64,000 bases of DNA from an uncultured Thermoplasmatales archaeon (GCA_964618505.1 CAZUBH010000001.1:31567-95566); one strand, 5' to 3'. Positions 29,473-39,315 are shown, numbered from the stretch's first letter. Program-made: numbers and translations. Notes: generated by a model from the letters alone, not told the origin.

Positions 29473-30921
29473 TCACTCAATTATTGTTACGGTTGAGAAT
29501 ACTATTCTTGCCTCTACTGACTCTTCTACTGACGAACCTTCAGCACATTCTGCAGAAACTGTAATTACTGGCATGTCTGTAAGTATTCCAAGACCAATAC
29601 CAAAGACAGACATTGTAATTGATTCTTCTGCTCCAGCATCAATACTTGCAATTACATCGGTTGCTTCTTTTGTAAGTATGAAAAAGCCACCCTCGATTGT
29701 AATTGTCCATTGTACATCTGTTGCTTCAGCATCCCCGATGTTTTCAATTACGGCAGTTATTCCAGTTCCGCCTTCGATGGATTTTATAGATAGGTCAGGC
29801 AGTCCGATGACTTCTATATCATGTGTGTTTGAGTTTTCACCTTCAAAACCATCAGAGACTGTAATAACTATTTCATAATCGCCAGGATTATTCCAAGTAT
29901 GTGTTGCTTCAAATTCCTCGCCTGACTCAAATGGCCCATAATGATCAATATTTATATCTCCCCAATTTACAGCATATAATAAATCATGACCATCAGAATC
30001 TACTGCAGATATTGTGAAAGTTGCCTCAGTATCTAACATTACTTCAGTAGGTCCATCAATGCTAGGCGCTGTTGGTTGATTGTTAATTATATCAATATTG
30101 TGAGTATTGCTATTTACTCCCCCAATTCCATCTGAAACGGTAACCAAAATGTCATAGGAGTCTGTTTCCTGCCACGAGTGTATGGCATCAAATTCCTCGC
30201 CTGACTCAAATGGACCATACTCATCAAAGGTTTCATCGCCCCAATCAACTATATAACTAAGCTCATTATCATCAGGATCAGTTGATGAAATACTGAAAGT
30301 TTGATCTAAACCTACGCTCCCTTCATTGGGTCCGCCTATTTGAGGTTGTGTTGGGTCGTCATTTTCTATTATTGATAATACACCATTTACTAAATTTGCA
30401 GGTATTTTATTACCTTGCCAATTTATACTATAATAATATGCTGTGTCCCAAACAGAATGATCATAAAATATGAAATCTACGTCGCCAATTTCAGCATCAT
30501 CTGAAACATTTACCACTATATTTAATAAAACACCTTCTCCTGCAGGTATTTCATCATTTTCATCTTCAACTCTTAAAAGAGCTGTAAAATAACCAACATG
30601 CTCTTGCTTAGTTAGTACGCCGCCTTCCATTATTGTTCCATCTATTGATAAAGAATAGGATTCAATGTATGACTCATCAATGAAATATACAGATATTGCA
30701 TAAGCAAGTATTGGCTCTTCCCATATACCTGTGATTGGTATGATGACTTCATCTGCCCCTATTGAAGCAGCAGTATTTTCAATTTTCATCAAATTATCTG
30801 GATTTCTAATTTGGTTATTTTCACTGTTTTGTGCAAATACTGTTGAGCCAGACACAACAAGCATTACAGAAATACTAATTATTATACTAGCCTTAAGATT
30901 CAAATAAATCTTGTTCTTCAT
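29473..30921 (-). CDS. Secreted cohesin - PKD - PKD - CARDB-like scaffold protein
   Basis: Cohesin-like VIIPITG...IPAGEGVLLNIVVNVSDDAEIGDVDF...NGVLSI; two WGD PKD repeats sharing YGPFESGEEF; C-terminal IEGGTGITAVIENIG domain. Confidence 0.72.
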   Translation of the reverse strand: MKNKIYLNLKASIIISISVMLVVSGSTVFAQNSENNQIRNPDNLMKIENTAASIGADEVIIPITGIWEEPILAYAISVYFIDESYIESYSLSIDGTIMEGGVLTKQEHVGYFTALLRVEDENDEIPAGEGVLLNIVVNVSDDAEIGDVDFIFYDHSVWDTAYYYSINWQGNKIPANLVNGVLSIIENDDPTQPQIGGPNEGSVGLDQTFSISSTDPDDNELSYIVDWGDETFDEYGPFESGEEFDAIHSWQETDSYDILVTVSDGIGGVNSNTHNIDIINNQPTAPSIDGPTEVMLDTEATFTISAVDSDGHDLLYAVNWGDINIDHYGPFESGEEFEATHTWNNPGDYEIVITVSDGFEGENSNTHDIEVIGLPDLSIKSIEGGTGITAVIENIGDAEATDVQWTITIEGGFFILTKEATDVIASIDAGAEESITMSVFGIGLGILTDMPVITVSAECAEGSSVEESVEARIVFSTVTIIE

Positions 30922-30975
30922 TTATTTCCCCCATGTTTTTTACTGTAATTTTAATTTTAGATTATATATAAATTA

Positions 30976-31146
30976 TTGGAAAATTTTTTAGTAATTGAAA
31001 GATTTTTGAGTAAAATCACAAAATGGGGAAAAATAAGATGAGATTAGGATTGCTAATTCATCAAATTTTTCAATTAATTTTATCGCATAACTAAATATAA
31101 AAGAGTTATTGGAATATTTTTGAGTAATTGAAAGATTTTTTAGCTA
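30976..31146 (-). promoter_or_regulatory. Two tandem pairs of a 19-bp direct repeat, each upstream of a TATA box
   Basis: 30976 TTGGAAAATTTTTTAGTAA, 30995 TTGAAAGATTTTTGAGTAA, 31109 TTGGAATATTTTTGAGTAA and 31128 TTGAAAGATTTTTTAGCTA. Minus-strand TTTATATA and TTTTATAT lie just downstream of each pair. Confidence 0.7.
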
Positions 31147-31147
31147 A

Positions 31148-31903
31148 TTAGAAAGCATCAACAATTTTTATATAATTTTTTTTTCCATAAATTTTTATTT
31201 CTTCTCTTATGTCTTCATACCATTTAACATCATTAAATCTTTTTTTATCCACGATATCTGAAATTCCGCTTTTTAAATGCAGCTTATCAATCATTATCTC
31301 ATCTATTTCAAAACTAGAAAATGTTTCAATTATGTTTTTGATATGATCTACTTCTACTGTAGGATATATCGGACCAAAAAAAATACTTTTTTTTACATGT
31401 GTATCTTTTAATTCCTTTAGAACTTTAAGTCTGCTTTCTATTGGTGAAGAATTTGGTTCAAGCATTTTTCTTTCATCATCATTAATTGTACCAATACTCA
31501 TCATCACTTCTGCATTTGATAATTTTTTTATTAATTCCATATCTCTTAAGATAAGATTAGATTTTGTCTGAATACAAACCGGAAAATCAAACTTTAAAAT
31601 CTGTTCTAAACAAAATCTAGTTAATTTGTATTTTTTTTCAATCGGTTGGTAAGGATCTGTTACAGTTGATATTCCAACAACACCTGGTTTTTTCTTTTTC
31701 AACTCTTTTGATAATACTAATGGAATATTCTTTTTTAGTTTGATTTCTTTTCCCCAAATATCTCTTTTTATTCTCAAAATATTTGGAGCATAACAATAAG
31801 CACAATTATGCTCGCAGCCAATATATGTATTTAAAGAATAATCAAGACCCGGAAGTTTTGATTTAGATAATGCTGTTTTACAAGTTATTTCAATAATTTT
31901 CAT
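31148..31903 (-). CDS. Radical SAM protein, spore-photoproduct-lyase-like family
   Basis: YSLNTYIGCEHNCAYCYA (CxxxCxxC), STVTDPYQPIE and IQTKS. Confidence 0.85.
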   Translation of the reverse strand: MKIIEITCKTALSKSKLPGLDYSLNTYIGCEHNCAYCYAPNILRIKRDIWGKEIKLKKNIPLVLSKELKKKKPGVVGISTVTDPYQPIEKKYKLTRFCLEQILKFDFPVCIQTKSNLILRDMELIKKLSNAEVMMSIGTINDDERKMLEPNSSPIESRLKVLKELKDTHVKKSIFFGPIYPTVEVDHIKNIIETFSSFEIDEIMIDKLHLKSGISDIVDKKRFNDVKWYEDIREEIKIYGKKNYIKIVDAF

Positions 31904-31907
31904 GTTA

Positions 31908-33182
31908 TCATAAAAAATCTTCAATTCTTCTTTGAAATAGTTGATTTTTTAAAACAGCGCTGTTTTTTATCCACCTTTCAATAGAAATGTCCATTTTATT
32001 ACCTACATGTTCAAGTGCTTGGTTTAACGAATCAAACTTAACAAAATCTTTTCTTAAAGCCTCTCTCACACTTTCTCGCACGTTCCAAACTCCAATCGGC
32101 ATAATGTAACCAGGATGTGCTTCTCTTAAGATCACAACTCCAGCTTGGCGTCTTTGTTTATTAAGCAGCTCATTTACAGCAAGTCTTGCAGCATAGTAAC
32201 AACCACCAATTTCTGCATATGTGCTTCTTCCTTCATAAAACTCATAACTGTTAAAAATTGATATTTGCCGTCCATAAGGATTCCATGTGGTATTTGGATA
32301 CCATGCTTCGATAAGTTCGTATTGCCATTCTGTGGGAGTCATTAAGATTATCCAACGGTTGTCAAATTGATTCAAATAATATATTCTATACTCGTTTATA
32401 TAAGGCCTCTCTTTTGTTTTTTTTGTCATTTCAAGTCCAATTGTAGAATCAACTGCTGTGATACTCCATCTTGTTGGTACAAATTTTCTATACTTTCTCA
32501 CTCCAAAGGCCCCAATGCTAAATGCCTTTTGAATCTTTGATATCTGAGTTCCTGATTTGTAGATTTTTAGTATTGCTTCTTTTGATTTTAAGTCAGTGTC
32601 GTAAAATGCTTTTTCTATGTTTTGTTCATATTTTGGATTTGAGATATTCAATTTTTTTATTGGTGCAGACGGCCCATGTGGTTGTACTTCATCATAGTAA
32701 GTTAATTTTCCAAAAGGTTTTTTTTGAAATAAAGCTTCAGAAAAAACAGAATTTTTAGAAAGCGCTAACTCTCTTGTGAATTCAACTACCTTGTCTGAGC
32801 TTTCTACATCTGTAATGTTTACCAGGTGCTTACCTCTAACAAGATGAGACCTAAAATCAACAATTTCATCAAGACTTTTATTAAGCCATAACTCAGGTGT
32901 ATCTATTTCTGATGTATCGCCCATAACCGGAGGAATCATAGGTCCAACTGAAACCTTTGGATATCCTACTCTACCAATAAATATGCTTGGAGGAGACGCA
33001 CCACTTATGTTTAATTTATTTATCAATGGTTTTGCTTTTTGATTTGAATGATATCTAACTAAAACGGGACATTTAGACTTTCCACAAAGAAACTTAGTTC
33101 CCCTACACAAAGCACACATGTTAGTATTGCTTTTTTTTTCAACTTGTAAAAGTTTCTTTTGATATTTTTTAAAATCCTTCAC
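31908..33182 (-). CDS. nreA: DNA repair protein NreA
   Basis: CxxCRG...LCG...CP, SPPSIFIGRVGYPKV, FVPTRWSITAVD, GGCYYAARL and C-terminal PIP box QRRIEDFL. Confidence 0.92.
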   Translation of the reverse strand: MKDFKKYQKKLLQVEKKSNTNMCALCRGTKFLCGKSKCPVLVRYHSNQKAKPLINKLNISGASPPSIFIGRVGYPKVSVGPMIPPVMGDTSEIDTPELWLNKSLDEIVDFRSHLVRGKHLVNITDVESSDKVVEFTRELALSKNSVFSEALFQKKPFGKLTYYDEVQPHGPSAPIKKLNISNPKYEQNIEKAFYDTDLKSKEAILKIYKSGTQISKIQKAFSIGAFGVRKYRKFVPTRWSITAVDSTIGLEMTKKTKERPYINEYRIYYLNQFDNRWIILMTPTEWQYELIEAWYPNTTWNPYGRQISIFNSYEFYEGRSTYAEIGGCYYAARLAVNELLNKQRRQAGVVILREAHPGYIMPIGVWNVRESVREALRKDFVKFDSLNQALEHVGNKMDISIERWIKNSAVLKNQLFQRRIEDFL

Positions 33183-33215
33183 GATTCCCCCACTTTAGTT
33201 ATATTTTAAATATTT

Positions 33216-33635
33216 TTACTTGCGATAATTGAAACTAAAACCTTGACTGTACGCTAGTTTTCCTTTTAGAGTTTCAATCCAGGATGGAAGGCCTTCTATA
33301 GTTTTTGTTTTAGACCTTTTTGCAAAAGTTTCTCTGAATTTTGTATTGCAATGAACTCTACCTTCTAAATTTTTGGCTAATAGATGACAAAGCTGTCCAC
33401 CTTTTCTGTCCCAGTCAGTTAAAATTATTGCGTCTTTGTATTTACTAGATATCTCATCACAAAAATCAGATATTGATAGCCCTTTGTTAAACCTAATTAT
33501 CTCGCCAGTTAATCCCAATTTTCTAAGAGCTTCTATATCTTTTTCGCCTTCTACTATTACAGGCATTTTTTTATTTTCCTCAATAAGTTCTTGTATTGTT
33601 TTTTCAAGTTCCTCTAATGATTTTTCATAGCTCAT
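33216..33635 (-). CDS. Small TOPRIM-domain protein
   Basis: VIVEGEKDIEAL and ILTDWDRKG. Confidence 0.88.
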   Translation of the reverse strand: MSYEKSLEELEKTIQELIEENKKMPVIVEGEKDIEALRKLGLTGEIIRFNKGLSISDFCDEISSKYKDAIILTDWDRKGGQLCHLLAKNLEGRVHCNTKFRETFAKRSKTKTIEGLPSWIETLKGKLAYSQGFSFNYRK

Positions 33636-33945
33636 TTAAAGAAACCTCTAATTTTTTTCTGACTTCATCTATAGAGATGTCTTTAATTAGAATTGTCTTA
33701 TCTCGGTTTTTTTCTCCGGATTTTATATCAATTCTGTTGATGGATATATTGAAATATTTACTAAGCTCTGATAAAACCTCACTATTTGCTTTTCCATCTT
33801 TTGCCTCGGATTTTACTTTTATTTCAAAGCATTCTCTCCACTTGTTAAATCTTACTGGAAAAATTGTTTTTTTAGAACATGGTAATACATGCAATTTAAT
33901 AACTACACTTTTTTTTGAATCAACAATTGCATTTTTAAATTCCAT
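33625..33945 (-). CDS. DUF167/YggU-family protein
   Basis: IKVKSEAKDGKANSE...IDIKSGEKNRDK. Confidence 0.85.
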   Translation of the reverse strand: MEFKNAIVDSKKSVVIKLHVLPCSKKTIFPVRFNKWRECFEIKVKSEAKDGKANSEVLSELSKYFNISINRIDIKSGEKNRDKTILIKDISIDEVRKKLEVSLNEL

Positions 33946-33951
33946 AATATC

Positions 33952-34290
33952 TTATGATGAAAGTTTTAGAATTGCTTGTGCAATATCGCCATCCGATTCT
34001 TCAAGTGCTTTTTTTGCTTCTTCTTCAGATTTGCCGGTTTGCTCCATTATAAGTTTTACATCTTCACTTGATTTTTCTCCTTCTTTAGTTTTAATTGAAG
34101 GTGTGCCTACTACTTGATAGGTTTTTTGCCCTTGAGCATCCATTACAGTTACTTCTGCATCTTCAAAAATATATTCTTTTGTGTCAGTTTGAATAATAAC
34201 TCTTTTTACATTTTCAATTTCTTTAACATTAATTCCTAAACGTTTCATCATTTGATTCATTTGTCTAGGATTGATCCTTCCAGGCATCAT
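33952..34290 (-). CDS. nac: Nascent polypeptide-associated complex protein
   Basis: NPRQMNQMMKRLGI and UBA-like EDVKLIMEQTG...GDIAQAIL. Confidence 0.95.
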   Translation of the reverse strand: MMPGRINPRQMNQMMKRLGINVKEIENVKRVIIQTDTKEYIFEDAEVTVMDAQGQKTYQVVGTPSIKTKEGEKSSEDVKLIMEQTGKSEEEAKKALEESDGDIAQAILKLSS

Positions 34291-34544
34291 ATGAATTTAC
34301 CATCCGTAATTTCAAAGCATTTTATTAGCTCCTAAATTGAAGGAATAATATTTGCTTTGCTTTTTAGTATGCAACATTTGTTATATGTATTTTTTTGATT
34401 AGTCTTTGTTATGTAAAACATTTTAAATTTTTACTTATAAAAAAGTAAATTTGTATTAATTTAGTAAAATTACAGCCATCTATTCAACAATTGTTTCGAA
34501 ATACTTTATATATAGCCTCAATCTTATTTTATATGGGAAAAGGC

Positions 34545-35486
34545 ATGAAAAGGATACTTTCAATAGGAAGTATAACAGTTGTATTTTTACTTGTTAGTGT
34601 TAGTTTTTCTTCTGTTGTAAATGCTGAAGTTGTTAAAGAGTCAGGTGGCAACTATGTCAATGTAACAACTGAGTTTTGTGGAATTGATGGATTTAAACCT
34701 AATTCTGTTAGACTCACAAAGCAAGAATCTGAAGAACTAGAAACTATTATTGATAATTTTAACAATGAAATTGAAAAAGCAGATAATCTTGATGAAACTA
34801 TAGACCTTTATAAAAAAATGGTTCTATCTTTAAATGAATTTGATTTAATCCCTGGTAATGTTGGGGTTGAAAAAACACAAATACTTGTAACAAGAAATGA
34901 ATTTAAAAATTTTGAATCATTGTTTAAAAAAAGTGATATTTTTAATTTAAATGATAATGAAAATATGTTCTGCCTAATATCTGGACAAACAGATGGATTT
35001 TCGAATAATCAAGGTCCTATATTATCATTTTTAAACCTAATAAAAAATTTATTTAATTTGATATACCTTCTTGGGGAAAAAATCAATAGCTCAATTCTTT
35101 CAAATGTAGGATTAGCTACATATTTTTATTTGAGTAGCGTACTAATTTTTTTAAATTTATTAGGAATGTTTTATGACTTAATCCCATTTGGACTAATGCA
35201 AAACATTGGTCTTAGTGGATTTAATCGCGTTCCTTTACCGAATCCTCACGATAAAGAATTTTTTACAAATGGTGAAATTAAATCCTTTGGTTTAAATGGG
35301 AAAGTTGATTGGTCAGGTAAACTGATTGGAAGATTACAATTACTAAACTATGATTTGTTGATGAGTACATTTTTTGTTGGAATTGCAGGTTTTACAGGGA
35401 TAAATATTCAAATCAACCCGACAAATAGTGATAGTCATCAATTCTTCTTAGGCACCGCGTTGTTAGCTAGCATTGAAGATGGTTAA
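34545..35486 (+). CDS. Secreted hypothetical protein
   Basis: Signal peptide MKRILSIGSITVVFLLVSVSFSSVVNA, ENMFCLISG and C-terminal GFTGINI...FFLGTAL. Confidence 0.7.
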   Translation: MKRILSIGSITVVFLLVSVSFSSVVNAEVVKESGGNYVNVTTEFCGIDGFKPNSVRLTKQESEELETIIDNFNNEIEKADNLDETIDLYKKMVLSLNEFDLIPGNVGVEKTQILVTRNEFKNFESLFKKSDIFNLNDNENMFCLISGQTDGFSNNQGPILSFLNLIKNLFNLIYLLGEKINSSILSNVGLATYFYLSSVLIFLNLLGMFYDLIPFGLMQNIGLSGFNRVPLPNPHDKEFFTNGEIKSFGLNGKVDWSGKLIGRLQLLNYDLLMSTFFVGIAGFTGINIQINPTNSDSHQFFLGTALLASIEDG

Positions 35487-35554
35487 AAGCTAAGATGATA
35501 TACATCCAGATAAATCAGTAAATATATAGCTTACTTCTCTTTAACGATTTTAAT

Positions 35555-37006
35555 ATGATTTCACCAAAAGATGTAAAAGTACTTGACATTAATTCAGAAT
35601 ATTTTGGGACACCGACAATAACTTTAATGGAAAACGCGGGCAAAGGTATTGCCGATTTTATAACAAATAATTTAAAATTACAAAATAAAAAGATATTGAT
35701 TATCTGTGGTGTTGGAAACAACGGCGGGGATGGTTTTGTTGCAGCCAGATATCTGTCAGAAAAAAACGACGTTTCCTTAATTTTGATTGGAGATAAAATT
35801 AAAAATGAAATAGCACAAAAAAATTTTGACAAACTAAAAAACATAAAAGTAAAAATTTACCAAGATATTGACAAAATTAACAATCTAATTAATGAAAATG
35901 TAATTATTTTAGATTCAATGCTTGGAACAGGGCTTTCAGGTTCATTAAGAGAACCATTTTTTAGTATAGTTAACACATTAAAATTACAAAAAAATAAAAC
36001 GATAATATCAGTTGACATACCAACGGGTCTTGGTACGAATATCTCAATAAGGCCTAATCATACAGTAACATTTCATGATTTAAAAGAAGGAATGAATGAA
36101 CTTAATTGCGGACAAATTCATGTTGTTGATATTGGAATACCTGAAGATGCCATGAAATATGTAGGGCCCGGAGAATTATCTACATACTATCCTAGACCAA
36201 AAAAAGACTCACATAAAGGCCAAAATGGAACTGTTTTAGTTATTGGCGGAGGCCCCTACACAGGAGCACCTGCACTATGCGGTCTTTCTGCGCTAAGAAC
36301 TGGTGCAGATCTTGTTTTTATTGCAACTCCAGAATCATCATTTAATGTGATTGCTTCATTTTCTGAAAATCTCATTGTTAAAAAACTAAATTCAGAAGTT
36401 CTAACCCCTGGAGATGTGCCAACAATTAGAGATTTGATTGAAAGATGCGATTCAATTGTTTTGGGTCCTGGTCTTGGAACTTCAAAAGAAACTGAAAGAG
36501 CAGTAGTCAAAATTGCTGAACTAATAAAAGAACAGGGCAAACCACTTGTAATTGATGCGGATGCAATAAAGCCAATAGGAGAACATTTGGAAATTGTTAG
36601 AGGCTCCAACTTTATATTTACTCCTCACAGAAATGAGTTTAAAAAATTAACTAGTATAAATCTATCTGATGATGTTGACACCAGAATTAAAGTTATTCAT
36701 GAATGGGCAAAAAAGATGAGTGTAACGATTTTTCTAAAAGGGCAAATAGATATACTAAATAACGGAAAACAAACAAAACTTAATAAGGTTCACAACGAAG
36801 CAATGACTGTTGGAGGGACTGGTGATGTTTTAGCAGGCATCATTGGAGCTCTTTTATCCAAAGGTTTGGATTCATTTAATGCCTTAAAAATTGCTGCATT
36901 TTTAAATGGGGAAGCAGGAAATTTAGCATTTGATAAAAAATCATTTGGATTGGTTGCAACTGATTTAATCCAAGAAATACCAAATGTTTTGAAAAGATAT
37001 TTATAA
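35555..37006 (+). CDS. nnr: Bifunctional NAD(P)HX epimerase/dehydratase
   Basis: LMENAG, GNNGGDG, SVDIPTG, SHKGQNG, VIDADA and GGTGDVLAG. Confidence 0.95.
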   Translation: MISPKDVKVLDINSEYFGTPTITLMENAGKGIADFITNNLKLQNKKILIICGVGNNGGDGFVAARYLSEKNDVSLILIGDKIKNEIAQKNFDKLKNIKVKIYQDIDKINNLINENVIILDSMLGTGLSGSLREPFFSIVNTLKLQKNKTIISVDIPTGLGTNISIRPNHTVTFHDLKEGMNELNCGQIHVVDIGIPEDAMKYVGPGELSTYYPRPKKDSHKGQNGTVLVIGGGPYTGAPALCGLSALRTGADLVFIATPESSFNVIASFSENLIVKKLNSEVLTPGDVPTIRDLIERCDSIVLGPGLGTSKETERAVVKIAELIKEQGKPLVIDADAIKPIGEHLEIVRGSNFIFTPHRNEFKKLTSINLSDDVDTRIKVIHEWAKKMSVTIFLKGQIDILNNGKQTKLNKVHNEAMTVGGTGDVLAGIIGALLSKGLDSFNALKIAAFLNGEAGNLAFDKKSFGLVATDLIQEIPNVLKRYL

Positions 37007-37029
37007 TATTTTTTAAATGCGAAATTGCG

Positions 37030-38577
37030 ATGAAAAAAACAATTATTCTTTTGGGATGCATATTGATTTTAGTTTTTCCCACAGTAAATGCTCAAATTAT
37101 ATCACATGTTGCAGAAATGCAAGGATCAATTGATAAAGATACAATATCTGTTTTTGTCGGTAAAACAAAATTGTCAGGCTCATTTAGAGGATATAATATC
37201 AGCTCTTTTGAAGATATGCAATCACTTGATGATGTTACTGCTTTTCCTTTATTTGGTTCAACAATTCTTAAAAATATAGAAAAAGTTACAGTAATTGAGA
37301 TATCTTCGTTAGATTTAGAATCGCTTGAAGATATAAATTTAGATAATATTATTGAATTTTCAAATGTTGAAATTATAGCAGAAAATGGACCATTTATTCT
37401 TGCAAACAATAATGGTTACATCAATGCAGAAAAAGATATTGACTTTGCCATATCTTCTTTAATAACACTAGATGTAGATGATACACCAAACATTCCATTT
37501 TTAGCTGTTCTAGCAAACTCTAAAATGGATTTTTCATTTCAATCACGCTCCGAATCTTATTTTTTACAAGTTTCAAATGAAAGCACAGTTAGAATAAAAG
37601 ATTCAAATGGGGGCGTTTTGTACCAGGAAACATCTAGAAATAAGGTTTTTATAATAGATGATGAAAATTTTTCTTTTACACAAGATTCGCCTTTGTATCT
37701 ATTTTCACAAAATTCAGAAGAAAAAATCAAACTCTCAATATCTCCTGCGATCCCCTCAAAAGTTGATTTAAATAAAATACTTGAGGACATATCTAATATT
37801 AGCGGAGATTTTGCAGGTATACCTGATTTTTCTGAGCAATTTGATATGTTTAATTCTGCTATTGATGCGATTTCATCGATTATTAATGGAGGATTAATAC
37901 TTGTTAATACAAAAGATACTGTTAACATAGATGGGGCTTCTCAAAGTTTTACAAATGTTGGTTTTGCCCGTAGTAAGGAATTTGATGTAACGTTAGATCC
38001 AAACTCTGAGCAAATAGAAATTGATGGTAAATTTAAGCTTATATTTTTAGGAGATCATTTTTATACAGCGCAAGATCCAAATAGTGATACAGGCGTTCTT
38101 TTTCCATTTATTTCAATAATGGTTTGGATTGCAGCTCTTGCTTTATTCTTATCATTTAAATTTTACATTAAAAAAGATGTAAATGAGGAACTTGATTCAA
38201 AAATAAAAAAATATGCTTTTATATTTCATATTGTGGCATTGATAATTGCATTTATATTATTGGATAGAGAAATTAGTTTTCAATTTGGAACTAGTGCATT
38301 GGACGTTTTGGCAGGACAAGGAATCTCAATTGTTTTAGGATTATTTTTAGCTGTTGAACTTGTGATGTGGGTATTAGGTTATATAGCCCTAGCATTTCCT
38401 GTAAGAATGATTACAAATTCAACACTTAGATTCTTTGGTATTGGTAAAGGAGGAAAGGCAATAGGAAAAGGTGTAGGTGCTTTTTTCATATGGGTTTTTT
38501 GTGCAATTTATGTAAAAGTTATTTTGAACATAATATTTTTAATAATAAATCCTAGTAATCTAATGCCAGTTGGTTAA
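37030..38577 (+). CDS. Membrane protein with large ectodomain and 4 C-terminal TM helices
   Basis: Signal peptide, beta-rich acidic domain and hydrophobic C-terminus. Confidence 0.75.
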   Translation: MKKTIILLGCILILVFPTVNAQIISHVAEMQGSIDKDTISVFVGKTKLSGSFRGYNISSFEDMQSLDDVTAFPLFGSTILKNIEKVTVIEISSLDLESLEDINLDNIIEFSNVEIIAENGPFILANNNGYINAEKDIDFAISSLITLDVDDTPNIPFLAVLANSKMDFSFQSRSESYFLQVSNESTVRIKDSNGGVLYQETSRNKVFIIDDENFSFTQDSPLYLFSQNSEEKIKLSISPAIPSKVDLNKILEDISNISGDFAGIPDFSEQFDMFNSAIDAISSIINGGLILVNTKDTVNIDGASQSFTNVGFARSKEFDVTLDPNSEQIEIDGKFKLIFLGDHFYTAQDPNSDTGVLFPFISIMVWIAALALFLSFKFYIKKDVNEELDSKIKKYAFIFHIVALIIAFILLDREISFQFGTSALDVLAGQGISIVLGLFLAVELVMWVLGYIALAFPVRMITNSTLRFFGIGKGGKAIGKGVGAFFIWVFCAIYVKVILNIIFLIINPSNLMPVG

Positions 38578-39315
38578 ATGCAAAAGACAAATATTCAGCC
38601 AATTTTAAATGAATCAGCATTGTTTTTAAAAGATATAAAAACAATTGTTGTTGCGGATTTGCATATTGGTATTGAAAAAGAACTCAGAGAAAGCGGCCTT
38701 CAAACATCATCTCAAACATCTAATATGACAAATAGATTAATTTCAATTTTTAAAATATATAAACCAAAAGAAATTTTTTTGTTAGGAGATATAAAACATA
38801 ATATTCCAACTTCAACAATTCAGGAAAGAAATGATGTAAAACTTTTTTTAAAAACAATTAAAAATTATGGCCAAATTCATATCATTCCAGGTAATCATGA
38901 CGGAAATATTGGTAAACTTATAGATGAAGAGATTTTACTTCACCCTTCAGACGGTTTTGTCTTTGAAAATTTAGGATTTGTACATGGCCATAGATGGCCA
39001 AAACAAGAAATTGTTGGCTGTAAAACAGTAATTGTAGCTCATACCCATCCAACAATAATGTTTTCTGATAGACTTGGATACAAGACATTTGAGCCTTGTT
39101 GGGTTAGAGGTAAATTAAATAGCTTGGAAGATAGATATACAAATATAAAAAATAACGATTTTATTATGTTGCCAGCATTTAATCCACTTTGTGGAGGAAT
39201 TGCGGTAAATAAAGATAATATAATAGGTCCTTTTAAAAAAATCATTGAAATAAGCTCTTCAGATGTTTATCTATTAGATGGTTCATATTTGGGAAAAGTA
39301 AAAGATATAAATTGA
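38578..39315 (+). CDS. Metallophosphoesterase (COG1407-like)
   Basis: ADLHIG, LGDIKH, GNHDG, HGH, AHTHP and LPAFN. Confidence 0.88.
   Translation: MQKTNIQPILNESALFLKDIKTIVVADLHIGIEKELRESGLQTSSQTSNMTNRLISIFKIYKPKEIFLLGDIKHNIPTSTIQERNDVKLFLKTIKNYGQIHIIPGNHDGNIGKLIDEEILLHPSDGFVFENLGFVHGHRWPKQEIVGCKTVIVAHTHPTIMFSDRLGYKTFEPCWVRGKLNSLEDRYTNIKNNDFIMLPAFNPLCGGIAVNKDNIIGPFKKIIEISSSDVYLLDGSYLGKVKDIN

Noticed and set aside
29909-30213. 26-bp exact repeat (tcaaattcctcgcctgactcaaatgg) as a regulatory or mobile-element repeat
   Set aside because: The 279-bp offset is in frame; it reflects the tandem PKD-domain duplication (YGPFESGEEF).
30976-31146. 19-bp repeats as a mini CRISPR array
   Set aside because: The repeats abut without spacers, are degenerate and short, no cas genes are present, and they sit next to TATA boxes.
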